DNA from: Steroidobacteraceae bacterium
GTDB lineage: Bacteria; Pseudomonadota; Gammaproteobacteria; Steroidobacterales; Steroidobacteraceae
NCBI GenBank assembly: GCA_035642735.1
Contig: DASQRV010000234.1
Span: forward strand, 1 to 30,476
Direction of reading: 5' to 3'
DNA: 30,476 bases
Under the pieces are notes generated by a model. It saw only the letters and a program-made list of their open reading frames with translations, was not told the DNA's origin and searched no databases. Position 1 is the first letter of the stretch, and the number at the start of each line of letters is the position of its first letter. Positions 15,944 through 24,550 of this stretch are shown here, one piece after another. The translations under genes and the position numbers were made by a program.

Positions 15944-17952
15944 TGAATGCGCGGGGGGGGATGAGCGCAGCCGCGCTCTGCGTGCAGCTCGCGATGCTCT
16001 CGGGTGTGGCCGTGGCGCGTGAGGACCAGATTCTCATCCAGGGCCTTCCCGCCGGCGCCCAGACCATCGCCGACGACGCGGGTGCCACGCGCGCCGAGTA
16101 TTCCTTCAACGATCGCGGCCGCGGCGACCACATCATCGCTACCTGGAAGCTCGACCCCGCCGGTGTGCCGATCGACTACCGCGGCAGCGGCAACGACTAC
16201 ATGAAGGCGGCGGTCAGCGAGAGCTTCCACTTCGCCGACGGCAAGGCCTCCTGGCACAACCGGGCCGAGCAGGGCGAGAAGGCCGGCAGCGGGGAAGCCT
16301 TCTACGTTCCGGTCAGTGCTCCGCCGGAAATGCTGGGCGTCCTCGCGCGCGCGCTGCTGAAGTCCCCCGGCCACCGCCTCGCGCTGTTGCCGGCGGGCGA
16401 GGCCACAATCGAAGCCGTTGGCCCGCTGCCGGGCGATCAGGCTCCCGCGACGCGCGGCCTCACCCAGTACCAGATCAGCGGGCTCGACTTCTCCCCGACA
16501 CCTGTCTGGCTCGATCGGGATGGCGCGACTGCCGCGATCGTCTCGGGCTGGTTCTCGGTGCTCTCGCCCGCCACGCGGGAGCTCCTGCCGCAGCTGCTCG
16601 CGGCCCAGGACCGGGCGAGTGCTGCAAGGTCGGCCCAGCTCGCCGCTGCGCAGACCGTCGTGCCGGCGACCGATGTCCTGATCCGCAACGCGCGGCTGTT
16701 CGATCCGCGCGACCTCACCGTGACCGCGGGCACGAGCGTGCTGATCCGCGGTGAGCGCATCGTGCAGGTGGCGCCCGATGCCGAGCTGACCGCGCCGGCG
16801 GACGCTCAGGTGATCGAGGCGCGCGGGCGTTTCCTCATGCCGGGGCTGTGGGACAACCACCAGCATTTCGGCGACAACGACGGCGCGCTCGACATTGCCA
16901 ACGGCGTGACGAGCGCGCGCGACATGGCGAACGACACCGACACGTTCCTCGAGCGCGTCGCGCGCTTCGATGCCGGTACCGAGCTCGGACCGCGGGTCTG
17001 GAAGGCCGGCATCATCGACGGCACCGGCCCGTACGCCGGGCCGACGAAGATGCGCATCGACAGCGCCGCGGAGGCCATCCGGGATGTCGACTGGTACGCC
17101 GCTCACGGCTACGGGCAGATCAAGATCTACTCCTCGGTGCCGCCACCGATCGTGCCGGTAATCGCGGCCGAGGCGCACGCGCGCGGGCTGCGCGTCAGCG
17201 GCCACGTGCCGGCGTTCATGAGCGCGCAGCAATTCGTCGCCGACGGTGCCGATGAGATCCAGCACCTCAATTTCATCGTGCTCGACTTCCTCTTCGACCA
17301 GGTGAAGGAAACGCGCAACATGAATCGCTTCACGGCGGTTGCGGCGCATGCGCGCGAGTTCACGCCCGAGAAGCCGCAGGTGCAGGCGTTCATCGCCTAC
17401 CTCGCGCGCCACCACACGGTGCTCGATCCGACGATGAACGTGTTCGAGGCCAGGTTCTGCGGTGACCCGGCGGCGGTGACGCCCGGGCTCGAGCGGATCG
17501 CGCCGCGCATGCCGCTCCAGGTGCGCCGCACACTGCTCTCGAGTGCGCTGGCAGTTCCCAAGGGCGAGGAAGACGCCTACCGCGAGGCGCTGCCCGCCAT
17601 GCTGCGACTGCTGAAGGCGCTGTACGGTGCCGGTGTCACCATCATCCCCGGCACCGACGCGCTCCCCGGTTACACGCTCCACCACGAGCTCGAGCTCTAC
17701 GCGCGCGCCGGCATTCCGCCCGCCGAGGTCCTGCGCCTCGCGACCCTCACCTCTGCCCAGGTGATCGGCGCCAACGGCGAGCGCGGGGTGATCGCGCCCG
17801 GTAAGCTCGCCGATCTCATCCTGGTGGACGGCGATCCGAGCACGCAGATCGCCGACATCGACAAGGTGTCGCTGGTGATGAAGGGCGGCCGCATCTTTGA
17901 CCCGGCGCGCATCGAGCAGGCGCTCGGTATCGCAGCGCCGGATCGCACCTGA
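15943..17952 (+). CDS. Secreted metal-dependent amidohydrolase with an N-terminal accessory domain
   Basis: ATG overlaps the ilvB stop (TGATG); alternative start at 15961. Signal-like [23 protein letters not shown] (HxH), [39 protein letters not shown]. Confidence 0.87.
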   Translation: MNARGGMSAAALCVQLAMLSGVAVAREDQILIQGLPAGAQTIADDAGATRAEYSFNDRGRGDHIIATWKLDPAGVPIDYRGSGNDYMKAAVSESFHFADGKASWHNRAEQGEKAGSGEAFYVPVSAPPEMLGVLARALLKSPGHRLALLPAGEATIEAVGPLPGDQAPATRGLTQYQISGLDFSPTPVWLDRDGATAAIVSGWFSVLSPATRELLPQLLAAQDRASAARSAQLAAAQTVVPATDVLIRNARLFDPRDLTVTAGTSVLIRGERIVQVAPDAELTAPADAQVIEARGRFLMPGLWDNHQHFGDNDGALDIANGVTSARDMANDTDTFLERVARFDAGTELGPRVWKAGIIDGTGPYAGPTKMRIDSAAEAIRDVDWYAAHGYGQIKIYSSVPPPIVPVIAAEAHARGLRVSGHVPAFMSAQQFVADGADEIQHLNFIVLDFLFDQVKETRNMNRFTAVAAHAREFTPEKPQVQAFIAYLARHHTVLDPTMNVFEARFCGDPAAVTPGLERIAPRMPLQVRRTLLSSALAVPKGEEDAYREALPAMLRLLKALYGAGVTIIPGTDALPGYTLHHELELYARAGIPPAEVLRLATLTSAQVIGANGERGVIAPGKLADLILVDGDPSTQIADIDKVSLVMKGGRIFDPARIEQALGIAAPDRT

Positions 17953-17983
17953 GGGTTCACCACCGGTTCATGCGAGAAACCCT

Positions 17984-18403
17984 ATGAAGTACCTGCACAC
18001 CATGGTTCGTGTAACCAACCTTGAGGCATCGTTGAAATTCTATTGCGACGCTCTCGGCCTCGAGGAGCTCTCGCGCAAGGACTACCCGCAGGGCCGTTAC
18101 ACGCTGGTGTTCCTCGCGGCCCCCGGCGATGAGAGCGCGCAGGTCGAGCTCACCCACAACTGGGACCCCGAGAAATACACCGGCGGGCGCAACTTCGGGC
18201 ATCTCGCCTACGCGGTGGAGGACATCTACGCCACCTGCCAGCGCCTCGCCGATCACGGCGTCACCATCCTGCGGCCGCCGCGCGACGGGCACATGGCCTT
18301 CGTGCGCTCGCCCGACAACATTTCGATCGAGCTGCTGCAGAAGGGCGCATCGCTGCCGGCCGCCGAGCCGTGGAAGTCCATGCCCAACACCGGCAGCTGG
18401 TAG
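17984..18403 (+). CDS. gloA: Lactoylglutathione lyase (glyoxalase I, VOC fold)
   Basis: Start [10 protein letters not shown] (ATG 17984). Metal-ligand pattern H5, [23 protein letters not shown]. Confidence 0.87.
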   Translation: MKYLHTMVRVTNLEASLKFYCDALGLEELSRKDYPQGRYTLVFLAAPGDESAQVELTHNWDPEKYTGGRNFGHLAYAVEDIYATCQRLADHGVTILRPPRDGHMAFVRSPDNISIELLQKGASLPAAEPWKSMPNTGSW

Positions 18404-18418
18404 CCCCGCCGCGGCAAC

Positions 18419-21046
18419 ATGAAGACCATTCCCAGCCTGCTGATCGCGGCGGTGTTCGCCTCGCTGACCTTCGCGGTGTGGGCGTACCTCAACCGACCGA
18501 CGCGCGAGCCCCCGTGGCCGCCGCTGATCCAGGGCTTCGCTTTTTCCCCGTTCCGCGCCAACGAGGATCCGACGCATTTCGAGATGCCGACCGACGCAGA
18601 GATCGATGCCGACCTGTCATTGCTCGAAGGCAGGGTGAAGGCGATACGCACCTACAGTGTCGGCGCGACGCTGGCGGACGTGCCGGAGCTCGCGGAGCGG
18701 CACGGCCTGAACGTCGCGCTCGGCGTCTGGCTCGACACCCACCGCGACAAGAACGAGGAGCAGCTGAAGGCTGCGATCGAGCTGGCCAATACCCACCAGA
18801 ACGTGGTGCGCGTCATCGTCGGCAACGAGGTGCTGCTGCGCGGCGATCTTCCGATCGAGGAGTTCACGAAATACCTCGACCGCGCCCGCGAGGCGATCTC
18901 GCAGCCGGTGGGGACCGCGGAGACCTGGGACACCTGGCTCGCCCACCCGGAGCTCGCCCATCACGTCGATTTCATCGGCGTGCACCTGCTGCCCTACTGG
19001 GAAGGCGTCGCGGTCGACCAGGCGGTCGACTATTCGCTGGCGCAGTTCAAGCGCCTGCAGAAGACCTTCCCGCACAAGCCGATCGTGGTCGCGGAGATCG
19101 GCTGGCCGAGCCGCGGCCGCACGCACGAGTCGGCGGTCGCCTCGGTGGCGAACGAGGCGCTGTTCCTGCGCCGCTTCCTGTACCGCGCACAGAAGGAGCA
19201 GATCACCTACTACGTGATGGAGGCCTTCGATCAGCCGTGGAAGGCGTTCCAGGAAGGCGCGGTTGGCTCCTACTGGGGCGTGTACGACGTCGAGCGCCGG
19301 CCCAAGTTTGAATTCACCGCTCCGATCGTGCGCATCCCCGAATGGCACATCCTCGCGGCGGTCTCGATCGGCGTGTCGCTGCTGGTACTCGGCCTCCTCT
19401 ATCTCAACAGCGTCACGCTGCGTAACCGCGGCCGCAGCTTCCTGGCGGTGGTCGTGTATGCCGCCGCCACCATCGCGGTGTGGGTGATCTACGATTTCAC
19501 GCAGCAGTACATGACCGTCTCGAGCGTCGTGTCGGGCGTGCTGCTGCTGCTCGGCATGCTGGGCGTGCTGCTGGTGCTGCTGGCCGAGGCGCACGAATGG
19601 GCCGAGGCGCACTGGGTCGAATACCGCCGGCGTCTCGGCACGCCGCTACTCAGCGGCAACACCTCCCCGCCCAAGGTCTCCATCCACGTACCGGCCTACA
19701 ACGAGCCGCCGGCGATGCTCATCGAGACACTCGATGCGCTGGCACGGCTCGATTATCCCGACTACGAAGTACTGGTGATCGACAACAATACGCGCGATGA
19801 GAGCGTCTGGCGGCCGGTCGAAGCGCACTGCGCGAAGCTCGGCGCGCGGTTCCGTTTCTCCCACGTCGCGCCACTCGCGGGCTTCAAGGCCGGGGCGCTC
19901 AACTACGCCCTCGAGCGCACCGCGCCGGATGCGGCGATCGTCGCGGTCATCGACAGCGACTACGTGGTCGATGCCGGCTGGCTGCGCGATTTGACGCCGG
20001 CGTTCCAGGACGAGCGCATCGCCATCGTGCAGGCGCCTCAGGACTACCGTGACGCGGACCAGAGCGCCTTCAAGGCGATGTGCTACGCCGAATACCGCGG
20101 TTTCTTCCAGATCGGCATGATCACGCGCAACGAGCGCAACGCCATCATCCAGCACGGCACCATGACGATGGTGCGGCGCAGGCAGCTCGATGCCTGCCGC
20201 TGGGCCGAATGGTGCATCACCGAGGACGCGGAGCTCGGCCTGCGCATCTTCGAGGCCGGCTTCGATGCCAGCTACGTGCCCGAGAGCTACGGCCGCGGCC
20301 TCATGCCCGACACCTTCATCGACTTCAAGAAGCAGCGCTTCCGCTGGGCTTACGGCGCCATGCAGATCATCAAGGCACATGCCCGTGCGCTGTTCCTCGA
20401 GGGCGGCCCGCTGTCCGCCGGGCAGCGCTACCACTTCATCGCCGGCTGGCTGCCGTGGATCGCCGATGGCTGCAACCTGCTCTTCAACCTCGCGGCGCTG
20501 GGCTGGTCGGCGGCGATGGTGTGGGCGCCGGCCAGGGTGGATGCGCCGCTCGTGCTGTACTCGGTCCTGCCCCTGTCACTGTTCACCTTCAAGCTCGCCA
20601 AGCTCGTGCACCTGTACCACGTGCGCGTCGGCGCCAACCTGCGGCAGACGCTCGCGGCAGCGATCGCCGGCCTCGCCCTCACCCACACCATCGGCCGCGC
20701 CGCCCTCAAAGGCCTCGTAACCCGCAGCGAGCCGTTCTTCCGCACACCGAAGACGGGCCGTTCCTCCGGGTTGTGGCACGCGCTCGCCGCCGCACGCGAG
20801 GAAACGCTGATGATGATCGGCCTGGTGCTCTCGGCCTGGGCGGTCTCGCACACTGCGCTCCCGCAGAATGCCGGCCCCGATCACTTCGCGTGGGTCGTAG
20901 TGCTGCTCATACAGGCGGTGCCCTATGCCTCCTCGCTCGTGGTGTCGCTGATCAGCGCATTTCCACTGCCGGCACGGCTGCTCGGCACCAGTTACCGTGC
21001 GATGGGCGGCGCCGGCCGGCAGCCGCAGGCGACCCTGAGCGGCTGA
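18419..21046 (+). CDS. ndvB: GH17 + GT2 fusion glucan synthase/transglycosylase (NdvB-like)
   Basis: N-terminal TM anchor. GH17 catalytic motifs VGNEVLLR and EIGWPS. TM block, then GT2 motifs VPAYNEP, FKAGALN, DSD, TEDAELG, KQRFRW and C-terminal TMs. 875 aa, the architecture of Pseudomonas NdvB. Confidence 0.82.
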   Translation: MKTIPSLLIAAVFASLTFAVWAYLNRPTREPPWPPLIQGFAFSPFRANEDPTHFEMPTDAEIDADLSLLEGRVKAIRTYSVGATLADVPELAERHGLNVALGVWLDTHRDKNEEQLKAAIELANTHQNVVRVIVGNEVLLRGDLPIEEFTKYLDRAREAISQPVGTAETWDTWLAHPELAHHVDFIGVHLLPYWEGVAVDQAVDYSLAQFKRLQKTFPHKPIVVAEIGWPSRGRTHESAVASVANEALFLRRFLYRAQKEQITYYVMEAFDQPWKAFQEGAVGSYWGVYDVERRPKFEFTAPIVRIPEWHILAAVSIGVSLLVLGLLYLNSVTLRNRGRSFLAVVVYAAATIAVWVIYDFTQQYMTVSSVVSGVLLLLGMLGVLLVLLAEAHEWAEAHWVEYRRRLGTPLLSGNTSPPKVSIHVPAYNEPPAMLIETLDALARLDYPDYEVLVIDNNTRDESVWRPVEAHCAKLGARFRFSHVAPLAGFKAGALNYALERTAPDAAIVAVIDSDYVVDAGWLRDLTPAFQDERIAIVQAPQDYRDADQSAFKAMCYAEYRGFFQIGMITRNERNAIIQHGTMTMVRRRQLDACRWAEWCITEDAELGLRIFEAGFDASYVPESYGRGLMPDTFIDFKKQRFRWAYGAMQIIKAHARALFLEGGPLSAGQRYHFIAGWLPWIADGCNLLFNLAALGWSAAMVWAPARVDAPLVLYSVLPLSLFTFKLAKLVHLYHVRVGANLRQTLAAAIAGLALTHTIGRAALKGLVTRSEPFFRTPKTGRSSGLWHALAAAREETLMMIGLVLSAWAVSHTALPQNAGPDHFAWVVVLLIQAVPYASSLVVSLISAFPLPARLLGTSYRAMGGAGRQPQATLSG

Positions 21047-21049
21047 CCG

Positions 21050-22021
21050 GTGCGGGAGCGGCGGCTGCGGGCCATCGCGACGATGATCGCCGCGGTCGCC
21101 GTATTCTCCCTGATGGATGCACTCCTGAAGCTGCTGGCGGCGGACTACCCGCCCATGCAGGTCGCGGCGCTGCGCGGTGCGACCTCGCTCCCCTTCACAC
21201 TGCTGCCGGTGCTGCTGCGCGGGCGGCTGCAGGACCTCAAGCCGCGGCGCTGGCCCATGCACCTGCTGCGAGGGTTGCTCATGCTGCTGGTGCTCGGCGG
21301 CTTCATCTACGCGGTGCGCGTGCTGTCGCTCGCCAACGCCTACGCGGTGTTCCTGTCGGCGCCGCTCATCGTGGCGGCGCTGTCGGTGCCACTGCTCGGG
21401 GAACGGATCGACTGGCGCAACTGGATTGCCATCATGGTCGGCCTCGTTGGCGTGCTCACCATGCTGCGCCCGAGCGCCTCGGGCCTGAGCACTCTCGGGA
21501 CCCTGGCCGCGCTGGTGGGGGCCTGCGCCTACGCTCTGAGCGCCATCGCGGTACGGGTGTTGACGCGCAGCGACACGACCGTCAGCGTGGTCTTCTGGGC
21601 CGTCGGCCTGATGACGCTGTTCGCCACGGCGATTTCCATCCCCGTCTGGGTGCCGATCGAGCACACGCACTGGAAATGGCTCGTCGGCCTCGGCGTGCTG
21701 GCGGCGATCGGGCAGTACCTGCTCACCGAGGCTTTCCGCTCGGCACCCCCCTCGGTCGTTACACCCTTCGAGTACACCGCGCTCCTCTGGGGAGCCGCCA
21801 TCGACCGCCTGGTGTGGAACGTGCTCCCCTCGGCACGTGTGTGTTTGGGCGGCGGGCTCGTGATCGCGACCGGGCTGTATCTCATCTGGCACCAGCGCCG
21901 GCTTGCAGGCGGCGAATCCGCGCGACAGACATGGCAGCCGGCGGCGGAGAAGGGCAGAATGTTGGGCCATTCGCCGACAGTCGAAGTTGTCGCTCGCAAA
22001 CAAGAGGAAGACCGACCATGA
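21050..22021 (+). CDS. DMT/EamA-family transporter
   Basis: About 10 hydrophobic segments in two repeats (AVFLSAPLIVAALSVPLLGERI; PSVVTPFEYTALLW). GTG start 3 nt after the ndvB stop. Confidence 0.9.
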   Translation: MRERRLRAIATMIAAVAVFSLMDALLKLLAADYPPMQVAALRGATSLPFTLLPVLLRGRLQDLKPRRWPMHLLRGLLMLLVLGGFIYAVRVLSLANAYAVFLSAPLIVAALSVPLLGERIDWRNWIAIMVGLVGVLTMLRPSASGLSTLGTLAALVGACAYALSAIAVRVLTRSDTTVSVVFWAVGLMTLFATAISIPVWVPIEHTHWKWLVGLGVLAAIGQYLLTEAFRSAPPSVVTPFEYTALLWGAAIDRLVWNVLPSARVCLGGGLVIATGLYLIWHQRRLAGGESARQTWQPAAEKGRMLGHSPTVEVVARKQEEDRP

Positions 22022-23250
22022 GCAACGCCGAAGTCCTGGGACGATTCGTCTGGCACGAGTTGCTGACAACCGACACCGCGGCCGCCGCCGCGTTCTACCC
22101 CAAGGTCCTGCCCTGGCGGACGGCACCCTCCAGCATGCCCGGCTACACCATCTGGATGGCCGGACAAACCCAGATCGGCGGCCTCATGGCACTGCCGGCC
22201 GAAGCCGGCGCGACACCGCCACACTGGCTCGTCTATGTCGGAACACCGAATGTCGACGCCACCTGCTCACAGGCTCAAGGGCTCGGCGCGCGCATCGTCA
22301 AGGCTCCTGCTGACATTCCGAACGTCGGCCGCTTCGCCGTCCTCACCGACCCACAGGGTGCAACGTTCGCACTGTTCACCCCCGGGGCCGGGCCCCCTCC
22401 CGGTGCGCCACCTGCGCAGGGCGGTTTCTCCTGGCACGAGCTCGCGACCACTGACGTCGCGGCTGCGCTGCGCTTCTACGGTCAGTTGTTCGGCTGGACC
22501 AAGGGTCCCGGGCACGACATGGGCGCCATGGGCGTGTACCAGATCTTCCAGCACGGTGGCGACCAGGTCGGTGGCATTGTCAACGTGCAGGGCCCCTCGA
22601 CCGCACCCTCGTGGTTGAGCTATGTGAACGTCGCCGAAGCCAGCCGCGCGGTCGCGGCCGCCAAGGCTGGCGGCGGCCGGCTCCTGCACGGACCGATGGA
22701 GGTTCCCGGCGGGAGCTGGATCGCCATGATGATGGACCCGCAGGGTGGCGCCTTCGCAGTGCAGGAAGCGCCGCGTGCCGCGAGCCAGAAACCGGCTGCC
22801 GCGTCGAAGCCGGTGGCGGCCGCCAAGCCGCCGGCGGCACCGAAGCCCGCCACCGCTCCCGCGACGCCCGCAGCCGTGAAGTCCGCGCCTGCCAAGCCCG
22901 CCGCTGCAAAGCCCGCAACCCCTGCGGCAAGCGTGGCCAAGGTCGTCGTGGCGGCGAAGGTGGCGAAGGTCGTCGTGGCCGCGAAAGTGGCGAAGACAGC
23001 CAGGAAGGCGGCGAAGAAAGCCAAGAAGGCGGCAAGGAAAGTGCGCCGGGCCGGGAGAAAGGTGGCGCGCAAAGTGCGTCGGGCCGGCAGAAAAACAGCG
23101 CGCAAGGCCGCCCGCCCGGGCGTCCGGCGCGCCGCCCGCAAAACCGCGCGCAAGACGGCGCGGCGCGTGCGCCGCAGCGCACGAGGAGCGGCGCGGGGCG
23201 TGAGACGGGCAGCGCGACGCGTGAGACGCGCGGCGCGCCGGCGGCGCTGA
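22018..23250 (+). CDS. Two-domain VOC/glyoxalase-family protein (CFP32-like) fused to a Pro/Ala/Lys linker and a K/R-rich histone-H1/protamine-like tail (410 aa)
   Basis: True start ATG 22018 after GAGGA RBS. Two repeats: GRFVWHELLTTD...FY...W...DPQGATFAL and GFSWHELATTD...FYGQLFGW...DPQGGAFAV. The tail follows in frame to TGA 23248-23250. Confidence 0.87.
   Translation: MSNAEVLGRFVWHELLTTDTAAAAAFYPKVLPWRTAPSSMPGYTIWMAGQTQIGGLMALPAEAGATPPHWLVYVGTPNVDATCSQAQGLGARIVKAPADIPNVGRFAVLTDPQGATFALFTPGAGPPPGAPPAQGGFSWHELATTDVAAALRFYGQLFGWTKGPGHDMGAMGVYQIFQHGGDQVGGIVNVQGPSTAPSWLSYVNVAEASRAVAAAKAGGGRLLHGPMEVPGGSWIAMMMDPQGGAFAVQEAPRAASQKPAAASKPVAAAKPPAAPKPATAPATPAAVKSAPAKPAAAKPATPAASVAKVVVAAKVAKVVVAAKVAKTARKAAKKAKKAARKVRRAGRKVARKVRRAGRKTARKAARPGVRRAARKTARKTARRVRRSARGAARGVRRAARRVRRAARRRR
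22936..23247 (+). repeat. Low-complexity basic repeats: (AKVVVAAKV)x2, (RKVRRAG)x2, RKTA and VRRAAR repeats
   Basis: Direct translation. 45 of the last 89 residues are K or R, with no D or E. Confidence 0.85.
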
Positions 23251-23266
23251 CACTCGATCCGACGAA

Positions 23267-23299
23267 GCGCACCGCGCACGCCCGGCGTGCGCGGTGCGC
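23267..23299. terminator. Perfect 15-bp GC hairpin between convergent genes (terminator- or REP-like)
   Basis: GCGCACCGCGCACGC-ccg-GCGTGCGCGGTGCGC with no U-tract on either side. Confidence 0.6.
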
Positions 23300-23310
23300 A
23301 CGTCAACTCC

Positions 23311-24285
23311 TCAGAGCCGCACCAGCGGCCGGCCGAAGTTGCCCCCCTGCATGACGAGCAGCAGATGGGCCGGCGCGTTGACGAGTCCTTCGACCACGTG
23401 ATCCTTGGTGGCGATGCGACCGGCCCCGTACCAGGCGATCGCGTCGCGCAGGAATTCCGAGCGGCGGTGCTCGTAGTGGTGCAGGTCCACGCTCAGGAGC
23501 TGCAGGCTTCCGGGCGCATAGCCGGCGCGGGCGAGCAATGCCTCCGGCTGCGCGGGCTTGACGCTGTTCTGCACGATGCGGGCGCCGCGCGCGAGGATCC
23601 CGCTCGTCACCACCCTCTCGAGCAACTCCCCGCCAACATTGTCGAAGTAGATGTCGACTCCGTGCGGCGCCAGCTGCCGCAACCGCGCCTCCAGGTTCTC
23701 GGCGGCGTAGTTGATACAGCCCGACAGCCGCGCATGCCGCGTCACCCAGTCGCACTTCTCGTAGGTACCGGCCATGCCGATCGCCCGTGCGCCCTTGAGC
23801 TGGGCGATCTGGCCGGCCATGGCGCCGGCGGCGTTGGCCGCCGTGGATACGAGCACGGTCTCATCGGGTCGCAGCCGTGCCAGATGCAGCAGGCCGAAGT
23901 AAGCCGCCATGCCGGGCGCGCCGAGGACTCCGAGCGCCGTCGAGGCGGGTGTCTGTCCAGGATGCAACAGCCACGCGTGATGTCCCTCGGAGACGCACAG
24001 CTGCTGCAGGCCGCAGTCGAGCACGACGAGGCTCCCGACGCCGAAGACGTCGTGGCGGGAGTCGATCACTTCGCCGACGCCGCGTGCCGGGACCACATCG
24101 CCGGGGCGTGGAAACTCACCGCTCAGGATGTCGGACGCACAGCGGAAAGGATCGACCGCCAGCCACAGAGCGCGCGCCAGGAAGGAGCCGTTGGTGAGGG
24201 GGGGTCGCTCGCCTTCGATCAGCTCGACGTCGCACGCTCGCGCTGGCGGACGCTTGATCCTGACCTGCAGGTTGTGCACGGTCAT
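23311..24285 (-). CDS. NADP-dependent oxidoreductase (prostaglandin reductase / YncB-CurA-like MDR), divergent
   Basis: Start MTVHNLQ (ATG 24285). LWLAVDP, ALGVLGAPGMAAYFGLL, GQIAQLKGAR, EKCDW, GVDIYFDNVGGELL, EGLVNAP, GNFGRPLV. Confidence 0.83.
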   Translation of the reverse strand: MTVHNLQVRIKRPPARACDVELIEGERPPLTNGSFLARALWLAVDPFRCASDILSGEFPRPGDVVPARGVGEVIDSRHDVFGVGSLVVLDCGLQQLCVSEGHHAWLLHPGQTPASTALGVLGAPGMAAYFGLLHLARLRPDETVLVSTAANAAGAMAGQIAQLKGARAIGMAGTYEKCDWVTRHARLSGCINYAAENLEARLRQLAPHGVDIYFDNVGGELLERVVTSGILARGARIVQNSVKPAQPEALLARAGYAPGSLQLLSVDLHHYEHRRSEFLRDAIAWYGAGRIATKDHVVEGLVNAPAHLLLVMQGGNFGRPLVRL

Positions 24286-24494
24286 TGTCCATCCGCATCG
24301 GCCGCCCGCCGCTGCTCGGCGGCCTGGCGGTAGGCGGCGTCGATCTGCTGGCGGACCTGGTCCTGCGCCGCCTGTGCCTGCGCCGCCTGCTGCGCTGCCG
24401 ATTCGGCCGCGGTCCCCGCGCCGACCCCGGTCCCGGCGACACCGCAACCGGCCAGGGGCAACGCCACGACGAGCAATGCCCAAAACCGTTCCAT
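24282..24494 (-). CDS. Small hypothetical lipoprotein (70 aa)
   Basis: Signal II with lipobox LAGC at residues 14-17, then a Gly-rich segment and an A/Q-rich helix. Its stop overlaps the next ATG (ATGA). Confidence 0.75.
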   Translation of the reverse strand: MERFWALLVVALPLAGCGVAGTGVGAGTAAESAAQQAAQAQAAQDQVRQQIDAAYRQAAEQRRAADADGQ

Positions 24495-24550
24495 GTCTTC
24501 AATTTACCCGGCCTGACCGCGGGCGCAAGAGCAACGCCGATCGTGGCACT

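Noticed and set aside
20080-22017. ORF-track 1056-aa protein 20080..23250
   Set aside because: The first ~646 codons are an off-frame shadow of ndvB and the DMT gene. The real protein starts at ATG 22018 after a GAGGA RBS.
21895-22021. Hydrophilic ~40-aa C-terminal extension of the DMT transporter
   Set aside because: Most simply read-through across the next gene's promoter and RBS region (CAGAAT, GAGGA). There is no evidence of a domain.
22267-23354. Several open frames on both strands across the basic tail (22611..23354+, 22620..23306-, 22580..23272-, 22267..23301-)
   Set aside because: Expected from GC-rich low-complexity repeats. There is no RBS or motif support for an overprinted gene.
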